This document shows positions 17,059 to 26,436 of a stretch of 45,388 bases of DNA, in pieces; within the stretch, counting starts at the first letter, position 1, and every line of letters begins with the position of its first letter. Under the pieces are notes generated by a model, which saw nothing but the letters and a program-made list of their open reading frames with translations, had not been told where the DNA came from and searched no databases. This DNA comes from an uncultured bacterium (GTDB taxonomy: Bacteria > Zhuqueibacterota > QNDG01 > DTFT01), in contig CAZNXX010000003.1 of NCBI GenBank assembly GCA_964577095.1, forward strand, positions 1 through 45,388, read 5' to 3'. Position numbers and translations under genes: made by a program.

Positions 17059-17093
17059 GGAACTCGGAACCCGGAACCCGGAACCCTGAACCG
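17059..17093. repeat. Tandem heptamer array, 5 x CGGAAC(C/T)-type; inverted partner of 16745-16800
   Basis: CGGAACT CGGAACC CGGAACC CGGAACC CTGAACC is the complement of GTTCCGR units. It ends 3 nt from the stop of the minus-strand NDK-like gene. Confidence 0.95.
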
Positions 17094-17095
17094 CT

Positions 17096-17830
17096 CTATT
17101 CCCTCGTCTCATTGATGAGGTATTTGGCGGCCACGGCCTGCAGGGTGCAGTGCGCCTCTTTGCCCTCCGTAATCTCGTGCAGGGCTTCCAGGTCCGTGGT
17201 CCAGACCGCGTCACCGGGAGCGAGCAGGCAGACGGATCCCGGTTCGTGCTTCCGGTAGAGCCGTCCGTCCCTGAAATAGAAATGTTCCTCGCACTGCACG
17301 GACTTGTATTCACGCATGGACGGCGGGATGTCGTTCGGCTTGAACCAGAGCTTGATCTCCCGCTCGGCCTCGGGCGCCGTGGCCGATGCGTGGATCAGGT
17401 TGTCCATGCGCTCACCGATGGTCTGGCCGTCCGGGGACTTGAGGACGACCAGGGTGCCCAGCGCCCGGACGCAACCGGGCTTCTTCTCGCGCGCCACGTG
17501 CGGATTGGTAGGACCCGCGAGATCGCGTATTTTCTGTATGGCGCCCGGCCCCTGGTACACGAAGGCGACGACTCGCCGGAGGGTCGGCGCATCCGGGTAA
17601 TGAACGCACCCTGTGATGTATTCGAGGAGCGCGGGGAAGAACAGCTTGCCGCGGTGCTCGGCGTAATGCTCCTCCGCGAGCATTTTACTGACCTGCACGA
17701 TTTTCGCGCCGGCGAAACGCAGGCCGGTGTGGAATTCGGATAACTGCGAAAGCACGTATCCCGTCAAAGAATTCTTCAACGCGTCCGGCTTGATGAGTAC
17801 GAGTGTCTGCTCCAGGTCTTTCTCCTGCAT
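17096..17830 (-). CDS. Nucleoside-diphosphate kinase-like protein with insertions and an approximately 85-aa C-terminal extension
   Basis: 244 aa. The NDK core is recognisable (TLVLIKPDALKN.., ..AEEHYAEHRGKLFFPALLEYI.., ..NLIHASA..AEREIKLWF), but HGSD is replaced by HASA and about 85 extra residues follow. Confidence 0.6.
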   Translation of the reverse strand: MQEKDLEQTLVLIKPDALKNSLTGYVLSQLSEFHTGLRFAGAKIVQVSKMLAEEHYAEHRGKLFFPALLEYITGCVHYPDAPTLRRVVAFVYQGPGAIQKIRDLAGPTNPHVAREKKPGCVRALGTLVVLKSPDGQTIGERMDNLIHASATAPEAEREIKLWFKPNDIPPSMREYKSVQCEEHFYFRDGRLYRKHEPGSVCLLAPGDAVWTTDLEALHEITEGKEAHCTLQAVAAKYLINETRE

Positions 17831-17991
17831 TCCAATATCCTTTCTCGGTTCCTGATGATGACAAAATCAACGGCCACAATGTACGAAGGAATCGAGGCCG
17901 ACTCAAGGGGATTTTTGATGCCCGGTAAAAGTGCCAGACACCTTGGAGTTGCCTGGTACTCCGACGCACTTTCAAGGTGCGTCGCACGTGA

Positions 17992-18765
17992 TCATGACCG
18001 GTTCAGAGGGCCGTCGATCTCCATTTTAATTCTCTCAATGCCCTCCCGCACCGCGTCTCCGGTCAGAACCTCGCCGTGACCGGGAACCAGCACCTCCGCA
18101 TGGAGCGCGGACAGAAGGTCCAGCGATTCCAGCCAGGCATGCCGGTCCATGCCGGGGTCGTCCAGGTTCGGGGCATAGCCCGCGGTCACGCAGTCGCCGG
18201 TGAACAGGACGCCGTCCTCCGGGCAGAACACGGACAGATTCGAGCCCGTGTGCCCGGGTGTGGGAATGAGCCGCGCCGCGCACGCGCCGAGATCCAGAAC
18301 CGTTTCCGATTCGACGGGCCGGTTCGGATTCTCGACTGTCGTCCCCTTGAAGAACACGGCCGCCTCACCCCTTTCCCTGCGGAAGGGCTGGGGGATACAG
18401 CGGTTCAATTCCTCGATTTCCGCGGTGAGGTCCTCCGCGGTCCGGCGTATCGAAGGATGGCCGTAAATCTCGATCCCGTTCGCGCGAAAAACACCGTTGC
18501 CGAGCATATGATCCGTATGGCGTTCCGTATTGACCGCGAGGAGCGTGTTCGATGGACGCACCGCCCTGGCGTATCCCAGGATGGTCCGGGCCGCGTGGCT
18601 GGAGGGCCCTGTGTCCACGACCAGGGTCCGTTCCGCTCCCACGATGAATCCTGCGTTCACCGACCAGGGAGGAATGAAGCCCAAACCGGTCACGGCGTGG
18701 GTGTGGGGTGCAATCCGCATCGAGGGGCAGTTCCTACATCGTAGTCCGGCAACCGTACACGGCAC
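17992..18765 (-). CDS. MBL-fold metallo-hydrolase
   Basis: 257 aa (GTG at 18765; alternative ATG at 18720). Motifs ..NTERHTDHMLGN.., ..TPGHTGSN.. and ..VPGHGEV... The first His of HxHxDH appears to be replaced by Glu. Confidence 0.75.
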   Translation of the reverse strand: MPCTVAGLRCRNCPSMRIAPHTHAVTGLGFIPPWSVNAGFIVGAERTLVVDTGPSSHAARTILGYARAVRPSNTLLAVNTERHTDHMLGNGVFRANGIEIYGHPSIRRTAEDLTAEIEELNRCIPQPFRRERGEAAVFFKGTTVENPNRPVESETVLDLGACAARLIPTPGHTGSNLSVFCPEDGVLFTGDCVTAGYAPNLDDPGMDRHAWLESLDLLSALHAEVLVPGHGEVLTGDAVREGIERIKMEIDGPLNRS

Positions 18766-18789
18766 GGCTTCCGCGGAATGGACCCGCGG

Positions 18790-20352
18790 TCACCAGTTCC
18801 AGGCCGCCTGCAGGATCCACTCGTCCCAGGAGGCGTCGGAACCCTCCGCAAGACCGCGGTTCCGGACTCCGACCCTGCCGGCCTCGATCCTGAACACCAT
18901 ATCGCGCACCGGCTCCAACTCCATGTGTACGGATGCCGCGGCTTTGCGCTCCACCGTCCCCTTCAGAAACCGTTTCACTTCCCCGTCCTCTTCAGTGTGC
19001 GAGGTGCGCCGGTCGCCCTGCCCGTGCCGCTCGATCCGGCCGGACACGCCTCCCCGCAGGCGGAGGCCGAACCAGTGCTCCCATCGGAGACGCAGACGGT
19101 CCGAATTCGGCTGGAGATCCGATCCCAGCCCGGAGTCGTAATTCTCGAACACATTGGACGGAAAACGGTGGGTGTAGACGAAGGGATCGATGCGCGTATA
19201 TTCGAGCCGGATCTGGCTGTCACGGACGACGGCCGGATTCGTCCACAAAGCGCCAGCCGTGAACGCGATCTTGTTCGACCAGGCATCTGAAAACAGGCCC
19301 CACGGCGAGGTGAAATCATCCACGAGCATTTCGCCGTACAATTTCAGGTTCCGGATGCGGGTGCAGGCCGCGTCCAGGCCGAAAACCACATTGTCCCGGT
19401 CGCCCAGGGAATGCTGGGAAAACACGAAGGGCATGACCGGATTGAGATAAGCGGGTTCGAGCCCGCGGTTCGCGTACACCACGGCGTCGTGAATGCCGAA
19501 TGCCGCTCCTCGGAAGGGCGAGAATTCGACGCGGTGGCCGGACACCCATTTGCGGTCCAGCTTTCCGCGCACCTGGCCGTGGAACCACGCGAGGAACACC
19601 GGGCCCGCGTCGGTTGTAAGCCGGAGCATGTCCATGGCCGGCGCGAGGCCCGAGAACATCAGGCCGCCGTCCGGGCAGGGGCCCCAGGCGGTGTTGTCCC
19701 TTCCATATTCGAATCCGATACCCCGGATCCCGAAGGTGAAATAGCTCTCCGATTTGTCCCAGGTCGCTCGGCTCGAATCCGCTTCCGCGTTCCTGGGGTA
19801 CCCGAGCGAAGCGTCGTAATTCTGAACGTACGTGCCGCTCCCCCATTCTGCGAAGATGCGGTTGTCGGAATAGAACGCGACGCCCCCGATCCGTCCCCTG
19901 GCCGCAGCGCCGTAATACGGCTGATAGACCCGCCGCTCGGCCTCTGCCGCACCGTCGGACCGGAGCCATGCGCCGCCGCCGGCCAGGGCGTCGAGGTGGA
20001 GCCGGGAATCGGACCATTGCCATGAGGCCAGATGCGGCTCCCGCTTGGAAGCGTCGATCCGGACGCCGGTCCCTGATAGTTCGTCCGCCAGTTCGCCCTT
20101 CATCCGTTCCAGGTAGGCCTCTTCCGTGGGAGACAACAGGCCCGGATCCGCGGCCGCGGCCCTGTCGATTTCGATGGCGATCGCAGTGGCCCGGTCGCGG
20201 CTGTAGGGCCGGGTTCCGGCGTGAAAACCGGACACCAGGCCCCTGGCCTCCATGCGCTCGATGAATCCGTACGCCCAGTGGCCCAACGGGAGGTTCGCGG
20301 TCTGTCCGGAGAGGAGGACGGGAAACAGGATCAGGATCAGTGGTTTCTTCAA
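18790..20352 (-). CDS. Outer-membrane beta-barrel protein, capsule-assembly Wzi-like (putative)
   Basis: 520 aa. Signal peptide MKKPLILILFPVLLSG. N-terminal ..LPLGHWAYGFIERMEARGLVSG..TRPYSRDRA.. resembles the Wzi helical bundle. The C-terminus ends ..AAWNW (aromatic OMP terminus). TTG start. Confidence 0.5.
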   Translation of the reverse strand: MKKPLILILFPVLLSGQTANLPLGHWAYGFIERMEARGLVSGFHAGTRPYSRDRATAIAIEIDRAAAADPGLLSPTEEAYLERMKGELADELSGTGVRIDASKREPHLASWQWSDSRLHLDALAGGGAWLRSDGAAEAERRVYQPYYGAAARGRIGGVAFYSDNRIFAEWGSGTYVQNYDASLGYPRNAEADSSRATWDKSESYFTFGIRGIGFEYGRDNTAWGPCPDGGLMFSGLAPAMDMLRLTTDAGPVFLAWFHGQVRGKLDRKWVSGHRVEFSPFRGAAFGIHDAVVYANRGLEPAYLNPVMPFVFSQHSLGDRDNVVFGLDAACTRIRNLKLYGEMLVDDFTSPWGLFSDAWSNKIAFTAGALWTNPAVVRDSQIRLEYTRIDPFVYTHRFPSNVFENYDSGLGSDLQPNSDRLRLRWEHWFGLRLRGGVSGRIERHGQGDRRTSHTEEDGEVKRFLKGTVERKAAASVHMELEPVRDMVFRIEAGRVGVRNRGLAEGSDASWDEWILQAAWNW

Positions 20353-20480
20353 GGGATCATTCCGAAAAGAACCTTATTCAAGGAGGAACTGGAGAAGCCG
20401 TTCAATTGACAATATAATGAATGAATGGCATTTAAAACAATAAAAAACGAGTCTCATGAATGGGATGATTGTGCCCGCTC

Positions 20481-20680
20481 GTGACAAAAAGGGGGTGTCC
20501 ATAAAGTCCATGATACACGCGCCCTGAGCCCCTCGATCAAGTCGAGGGGTCAACTCCGTCGAAGGGCGCTAAGTGACGGATATACAGCTCGCCTCAACGG
20601 AGTTAATCCTTCGCCTTGCGAAGGGCTCGGTGAGCGTATTGTCACTAAAATCGACTTTTGGGACTCCCCCTTGAAACAGG
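20481..20680. other. Highly structured palindromic element (candidate ncRNA or foldback repeat)
   Basis: Outer stem 20488-20508/20653-20672 encloses two stem domains: 20519-20525/20563-20569 with hairpin 20529-20549, and 20573-20593/20629-20645 with hairpin 20608-20624. Their loops carry an 8-nt complementarity (AACTCCGT at 20552-20559, ACGGAGTT at 20597-20604). Confidence 0.4.
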
Positions 20681-20765
20681 GGCAGCGAAGGCATCCGGAA
20701 TTAACTGCCGTCCGGTACCATGGACCGGACCCTGCCGGTAACCGCGCCGGAGACCGCATCCGCAC

Positions 20766-20806
20766 GAAATAAAACGTCCGACGCACCTGATAGGTGCGTC
20801 GGACGT
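20766..20806 (-). terminator. Rho-independent terminator of the acyl-CoA dehydrogenase gene
   Basis: The minus strand reads ACGTCCGACGCACC-loop-GGTGCGTCGGACGT followed by TTTTATTTC. It lies 32 nt after the stop at 20838. Confidence 0.8.
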
Positions 20807-20837
20807 GGTTCCCGAGACTCCGGCAAAGGCCGGTTGA

Positions 20838-21995
<1,158 letters not shown>

Positions 21996-22083
21996 TCAAA
22001 CGCCTCCTGTGTTGTGTTCGGATGCCCGTCTTCCCTCGGGCGCGAGCGCGCGGGAGGGGTCTTTCGCGGCGGAAGCTGCGGGC

Positions 22084-22899
22084 CTACATCAGACCCATGC
22101 GCTCCAGCGCGTTTTTCGCGGCGGCCTGTTCCGCCTTCTTCTTGCTGTTCCCGTTTCCGGACCCCACCACCTGCGACCGCACGACCACCTCGATCGTGAA
22201 GACCTTCGCATGGTCGGGCCCGGACTCGGACGCCACCCGGTACAGCGGCGCCCGGCCGCCTTCGCTCTGGACATGCTCGAGCAGCCAGCTCTTGTAGTTC
22301 TGCTGCTGCTTGTAGTCCACGAACTTGCCGATGCGCTTGAAAAGCCCGCCCGACGTGAATCGCCGCGCGGCCTCGATGCCGCCGTCCAGATAGATGGCGC
22401 CCAGCAGGGCCTCGTACCCGTCCGCGAGAATCGAATGCCGCCTGCGTCCTCCGGACTGCTCCTCGCCCGGGCCGAGAATGAGGGCGTCGCCGAGCCCGAT
22501 GCGCAGCGCTTCCTCGGCGAGCCGCTCACGGCTCACGACGTGCGATTTCACCCGCGTCAGGGTGCCCTCGGTCCCGTCCGGGAACCGGCGGTACAGCTCC
22601 TCGCTCATGAGCAGGCCGAGCACCGCGTCCCCGAGAAACTCGAGCCGCTCGTTCGAAGCGGAGGTGTGGCGGTTCTTGGCGAGGCAGGACCGGTGCGACA
22701 GCGCGCGCTCCAGGTGGGAGGGGTCGCGGAACCGGTACTCCAGGCGCGCCGCCAATCCGGACGCGGACAGGGGGCCGCGTCTCTGCGGCACGGCCGGCGC
22801 ATTCGGTTTCCGTCCCCGGTCCGGGGCGCGGTCCGGAGGCGGCGGGCCGGCCGGCTTCTTCCGGAACGCGGCCCATAGACGTCGGATCAGGGGGATCAA
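22084..22899 (-). CDS. rnc: Ribonuclease III
   Basis: RNase III signature ..NERLEFLGDAVLG.. and a C-terminal dsRBD (..GPDHAKVFTIEV..GSGNGNSKKKAEQAAA..). The longest ORF starts at TTG 22899. An alternative GTG at 22791 would remove a Pro/Arg-rich leader. Confidence 0.85.
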   Translation of the reverse strand: MIPLIRRLWAAFRKKPAGPPPPDRAPDRGRKPNAPAVPQRRGPLSASGLAARLEYRFRDPSHLERALSHRSCLAKNRHTSASNERLEFLGDAVLGLLMSEELYRRFPDGTEGTLTRVKSHVVSRERLAEEALRIGLGDALILGPGEEQSGGRRRHSILADGYEALLGAIYLDGGIEAARRFTSGGLFKRIGKFVDYKQQQNYKSWLLEHVQSEGGRAPLYRVASESGPDHAKVFTIEVVVRSQVVGSGNGNSKKKAEQAAAKNALERMGLM

Positions 22900-22930
22900 A
22901 TCAAAACCGATGCGATTAGGGAATGACGGT

Positions 22931-24175
22931 TTACCCGTTCCAGGCCTTCAGGCAGAGACACGCGTTGTGCCCGCCGAAGCCGAACGAGTTGGAAACGGCC
23001 GCGGCAACCTTGCGTTCGCGCGCCGTGTTGGGAACATAATCCAGATCCAGTTCCGGGTCGGGGACCGAATAATTGATCGTCGGCGGCACGATGCCGTGCA
23101 CGAGCGTCATCACCGTGGCCACGGCCTCGACCGCTCCGGATGCGCCGAGCAGATGCCCGATCATGGATTTGTTGGACGAAATCCAGAGCTTCTTCGCGTG
23201 GCCGCCGAATACGTTCTTCACGGCCAGTGTCTCCGTCCGGTCATTCAGCGGCGTCGAAGTGCCGTGGGCGTTGACGTAGTCGATGTCCTCCGGGTTCAGC
23301 TCCGCGCTCCGGAGGGCCGCCTGCATGACTTCCGTGGCGCCGGTGCCCTTTTCATCGGGCGCGGTGATGTGATAGGCGTCGGCCGTGAATCCGACGCCGG
23401 CGAGTTCCGCGTAAATGCGCGCGCCGCGCCTGCGGGCGTGCTCGAGCTCCTCCAGGACGAGAACGCCCGCGCCCTCGCCCATGACGAATCCGTCCCGCTC
23501 CCGGTCGAAGGGACGGCTGGCGTGCAGGGGGTCGTCGTTCCGCACGGACAGGGCCTTCATGTTGTTGAATCCGGCCACGGCCATGGGCGTGAGCACGCCT
23601 TCGTTGCCTCCGGCGACCATCACGTCCGCGTCCCCGCGCTCGATGTGCATCATCGCGGCCCCGATGCCGTGGGCGCCCGAGGCGCACGCGGAGACCGTGG
23701 CGTAATTCGGCCCGCGGAACCCGAACCGGATGGACAGGTGGCCGGTAACGATGTCCCCGATGAGCATGGTGATGAAGAAGGGGCTTACCCTTCCGGGCCC
23801 CTTCTCAATCAGCTTCCGGTGCTCGGTGTCGTAGGTGCACATGCCCCCGATGCCCGAGCTGACGATCACCCCGGCGCGCGTGGGATCCATCTTCGCGGGG
23901 TCCAGTCCCGAATCGGCCACGGCCTGGCATCCGGCGGCAAACCCGTACTGGGCGAAGATATCCATCCGCCGCGCCTCCTTCGCGTCCAGCCAGCCGGACA
24001 CGTCGAATCCCTTGACTTCGCACGCGAATTTGGTGTCGTGGGCCTCGACGTTGAACCGCGTCAGCGGGCCCGCGCCGTTGGCGCCGGTGGTAAGTCCTCT
24101 CCAGAAATCATCGACCGTGTTTCCGATCGGGGTAACGGCCCCCAGACCGGTGACCACGACCCGGCGTTGTCGCAT
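22931..24175 (-). CDS. fabF: 3-oxoacyl-ACP synthase II
   Basis: 414 aa. MRQRRVVVTGLGAVTPIGN.., active-site ..ATVSACASGAH.. and ..NAHGTSTPLND..NSFGFGGHN... Confidence 0.95.
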   Translation of the reverse strand: MRQRRVVVTGLGAVTPIGNTVDDFWRGLTTGANGAGPLTRFNVEAHDTKFACEVKGFDVSGWLDAKEARRMDIFAQYGFAAGCQAVADSGLDPAKMDPTRAGVIVSSGIGGMCTYDTEHRKLIEKGPGRVSPFFITMLIGDIVTGHLSIRFGFRGPNYATVSACASGAHGIGAAMMHIERGDADVMVAGGNEGVLTPMAVAGFNNMKALSVRNDDPLHASRPFDRERDGFVMGEGAGVLVLEELEHARRRGARIYAELAGVGFTADAYHITAPDEKGTGATEVMQAALRSAELNPEDIDYVNAHGTSTPLNDRTETLAVKNVFGGHAKKLWISSNKSMIGHLLGASGAVEAVATVMTLVHGIVPPTINYSVPDPELDLDYVPNTARERKVAAAVSNSFGFGGHNACLCLKAWNG

Positions 24176-24320
24176 AGAGAAATCCTCCGATTGTTCGGGG
24201 CCGTCCGGAAAGGCCTCATCCCCCGCTGAACCGTAGAACGGCGGCGGAGGCGCGGCTGAAGACCCTTCGGACGGCCCCTGTCATCGCTTCAAATGGGAAA
24301 AACGGACGAACAACCGCGGA

Positions 24321-24563
24321 TTATTTCTTCTCCGCCATCCGCTTTTCCAGGTATTCCATGGCCTTGCCCACGGACGTGAGCTTCTCGGCGTCCTCATCGG
24401 GAATTTCGAGGTCGAATTCCTCCTCGAACGCCATGACGAGTTCCACGGTATCGAGGGAATCGGCGCCCAGGTCGTCGACGAAAGAGGCCTGCGGGGTGAT
24501 CTCGTTCGGATCCACACCCAGCCGATCCACGATGATCTCCTTGAACTTTTCCTTGTCCAGCAT
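24321..24563 (-). CDS. acpP: Acyl carrier protein
   Basis: 80 aa from the ATG at 24563 (AAGGAGGTG RBS). The phosphopantetheine site is [13 protein letters not shown]. The longer ORF start at 24614 is rejected. Confidence 0.95.
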   Translation of the reverse strand: MLDKEKFKEIIVDRLGVDPNEITPQASFVDDLGADSLDTVELVMAFEEEFDLEIPDEDAEKLTSVGKAMEYLEKRMAEKK

Positions 24564-24661
24564 GACGATTGCACCTCCTTGTTTTGTGCTCGATTTGCCT
24601 GATTTCCTCTTCATCCAGACGACGGTTCCCGGATCGGGCCCCGCCGCCGTCCATCTGTTGC

Positions 24662-25408
24662 TTAAGCCATCACCATCCCGCCGTCCACCGGGATCACCTG
24701 GCCGGTGACATAATCCGAAGCCGGGGACGCCAGGAAGGCGACGACCCGGGCCACGTCCTGCGGCGATCCCGGACGCTTCATGGGGATCTGAGATAGAAAT
24801 GCCTCTTTGGCCTCGGCCGGCAGGTGGCCGGTCATTTCGGTTTCGATGAAGCCCGGCGCCACCGCATTGGCCTGCACGTTGCGCGAAGCCAGCTCCCGGG
24901 CCACGCTTTTCGTCAGCCCGATGAGACCCGCCTTGGAGGCGGCGTAATTGGCCTGGCCCGCGTTGCCCATGAGCCCGACCACGGATGCGATGTTGACGAT
25001 TTTGCCCCCGCGCTGCTTCATCATGGGGCGGCTCGCGGCTTTCGTGCAGAGAAAAGCGCCCTTGAGATTGACCTGCAGGACAAAGTCCCAGTCTTTCTCG
25101 TCCATGCGCATCAGCAGGTTGTCCCGCGTCACGCCGGCATTATTCACCAGAATGTCGATGCGGCCCAGGGCCTTGATCGTCGCCTGGACCATGGTTTCGG
25201 CGTCCTCCGCCCGGGAAACGTCCGCCTTGACCGAAGCCGTGCGGACGCCGAGCGCGGCCGCCTCGGCCGCGGTCTTTTCCGCGATTTCCGCGTCGATGTC
25301 CGAAACCATCACATCCGCGCCCTGCGAAGCCAGCTCGAGAACGATGGCCTTTCCGATTCCCCGGCCCCCGCCGGTCACCAGAGCGATTTTCCCCGTCAGA
25401 TTTCCCAT
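24662..25408 (-). CDS. fabG: 3-oxoacyl-ACP reductase
   Basis: 248 aa [15 protein letters not shown] and YAASKAG motifs, in fab operon context. Confidence 0.95.
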   Translation of the reverse strand: MGNLTGKIALVTGGGRGIGKAIVLELASQGADVMVSDIDAEIAEKTAAEAAALGVRTASVKADVSRAEDAETMVQATIKALGRIDILVNNAGVTRDNLLMRMDEKDWDFVLQVNLKGAFLCTKAASRPMMKQRGGKIVNIASVVGLMGNAGQANYAASKAGLIGLTKSVARELASRNVQANAVAPGFIETEMTGHLPAEAKEAFLSQIPMKRPGSPQDVARVVAFLASPASDYVTGQVIPVDGGMVMA

Positions 25409-25495
25409 ATTCCTGAATCCGTCTCCTGGTTTGGATGCGCCCGGCGGAAGCCCGCCGGCATGCCGCCCCCGGACCGGGGACGGAAACCGGGCCGC

Positions 25496-26419
25496 TCAGA
25501 CCCGCACAGCCTCGATGTCCGCGAGCGAGCCGCAGGCGATCACTTCCGCGTCCCGTTCGATGCGCCTCACCAGACCGGCCAGAACCTTGCCCGGTCCCAC
25601 CTCGAAAAATGTCGTGATCCCGTCCCGGACCATGGATTGGATGGTCTCGACCCAGCGGACCGGATGGGTCATCTGCCGGGTCAGCATGCCGCGTATCGCC
25701 TCCGGGTCCAGGACAGCCGCGGCCGCCACGTTGGTGTACACCGGCACGGACGGCAGGCCGAATGGCGCGCGGGCGACAGCCGGCGCGAACTCGGCCGCGG
25801 TCTGCTCCATGAGGGGCGAATGAAAAGCGCCTGAAACCGACAGTTCCAGCACCCGTTTGGCGCCCTTCGCCTTCGCCGCTTCAGCCGCGGCCCGAACGCC
25901 CTCCCGGGTTCCCGAAATCACGGTCTGTTCCGGCGAGTTGAAATTGGCCGGCTGAACGACGCCCGCGCCGGAGGATTCGCGGCAGAGATCCGCGACGTCC
26001 GCGGGCGAAAGCCCGATCACCGCGGCCATGGCGCCCGGCCGCTTCGAACCGGCCTCCGACATGAGGCGCGAACGCTCGCGCACCAGGACAAGCGCGTCGA
26101 CGAATGACAGGACGCCCGCTGAAACCAATGCCGAATACTCGCCCAGGCTGTGACCCGCCACCGCGTCCGGAACCACGCCGCGTTCGCGCAGCAGACGGTC
26201 CGCGATCGCGCTGTGCACGACGAGGCCGGGCTGGGTGTAGCGCGTCTGCCGCAGTGTTTCCTCCGGCCCCTCGAAGCAGACTGCCGCGAGGTCAAAACCC
26301 AGCAATTCGGCGGCATGACCGTACATTCCGGCCGCCCACTCGATGGATTCGACGAAATCCCGGCCCATGCCGACGGCCTGGGAGCCCTGCCCCGGGAATA
26401 AAAATCCGATCTTCGGCAT
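25496..26419 (-). CDS. fabD: Malonyl CoA-ACP transacylase
   Basis: 307 aa from the ATG at 26419 (GGAAGGA RBS). MPKIGFLFPGQGSQAVGMG.. and active-site GHSLGEYSAL. The upstream part of ORF 25496..27193 overlaps fabH out of frame and is rejected. Confidence 0.95.
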   Translation of the reverse strand: MPKIGFLFPGQGSQAVGMGRDFVESIEWAAGMYGHAAELLGFDLAAVCFEGPEETLRQTRYTQPGLVVHSAIADRLLRERGVVPDAVAGHSLGEYSALVSAGVLSFVDALVLVRERSRLMSEAGSKRPGAMAAVIGLSPADVADLCRESSGAGVVQPANFNSPEQTVISGTREGVRAAAEAAKAKGAKRVLELSVSGAFHSPLMEQTAAEFAPAVARAPFGLPSVPVYTNVAAAAVLDPEAIRGMLTRQMTHPVRWVETIQSMVRDGITTFFEVGPGKVLAGLVRRIERDAEVIACGSLADIEAVRV

Positions 26420-26436
26420 CCGGATTCCTTCCGATC

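Noticed and set aside
20550-20786. 78-aa ORF (minus strand) in the Wzi/ACAD intergenic region
   Set aside because: It has no RBS. Its sequence is dictated by the palindromic element and by the terminator hairpin it runs through. It is better explained as non-coding structure.
22792-22899. Pro/Arg-rich 36-aa N-terminal extension of RNase III as a novel domain
   Set aside because: This is probably a longest-ORF artefact from a TTG start. An in-frame GTG at 22791 gives a normal distance to the catalytic signature. I cannot decide between them without homologues, so it is not promoted to a finding.
24197-24278. Long-range stem GGGGCCGTCCGGA / TCGGACGGCCCC in the acpP-fabF spacer
   Set aside because: The complementarity is real, but a hairpin between acpP and fabF that modulates differential expression is a common, ordinary feature of fab operons.
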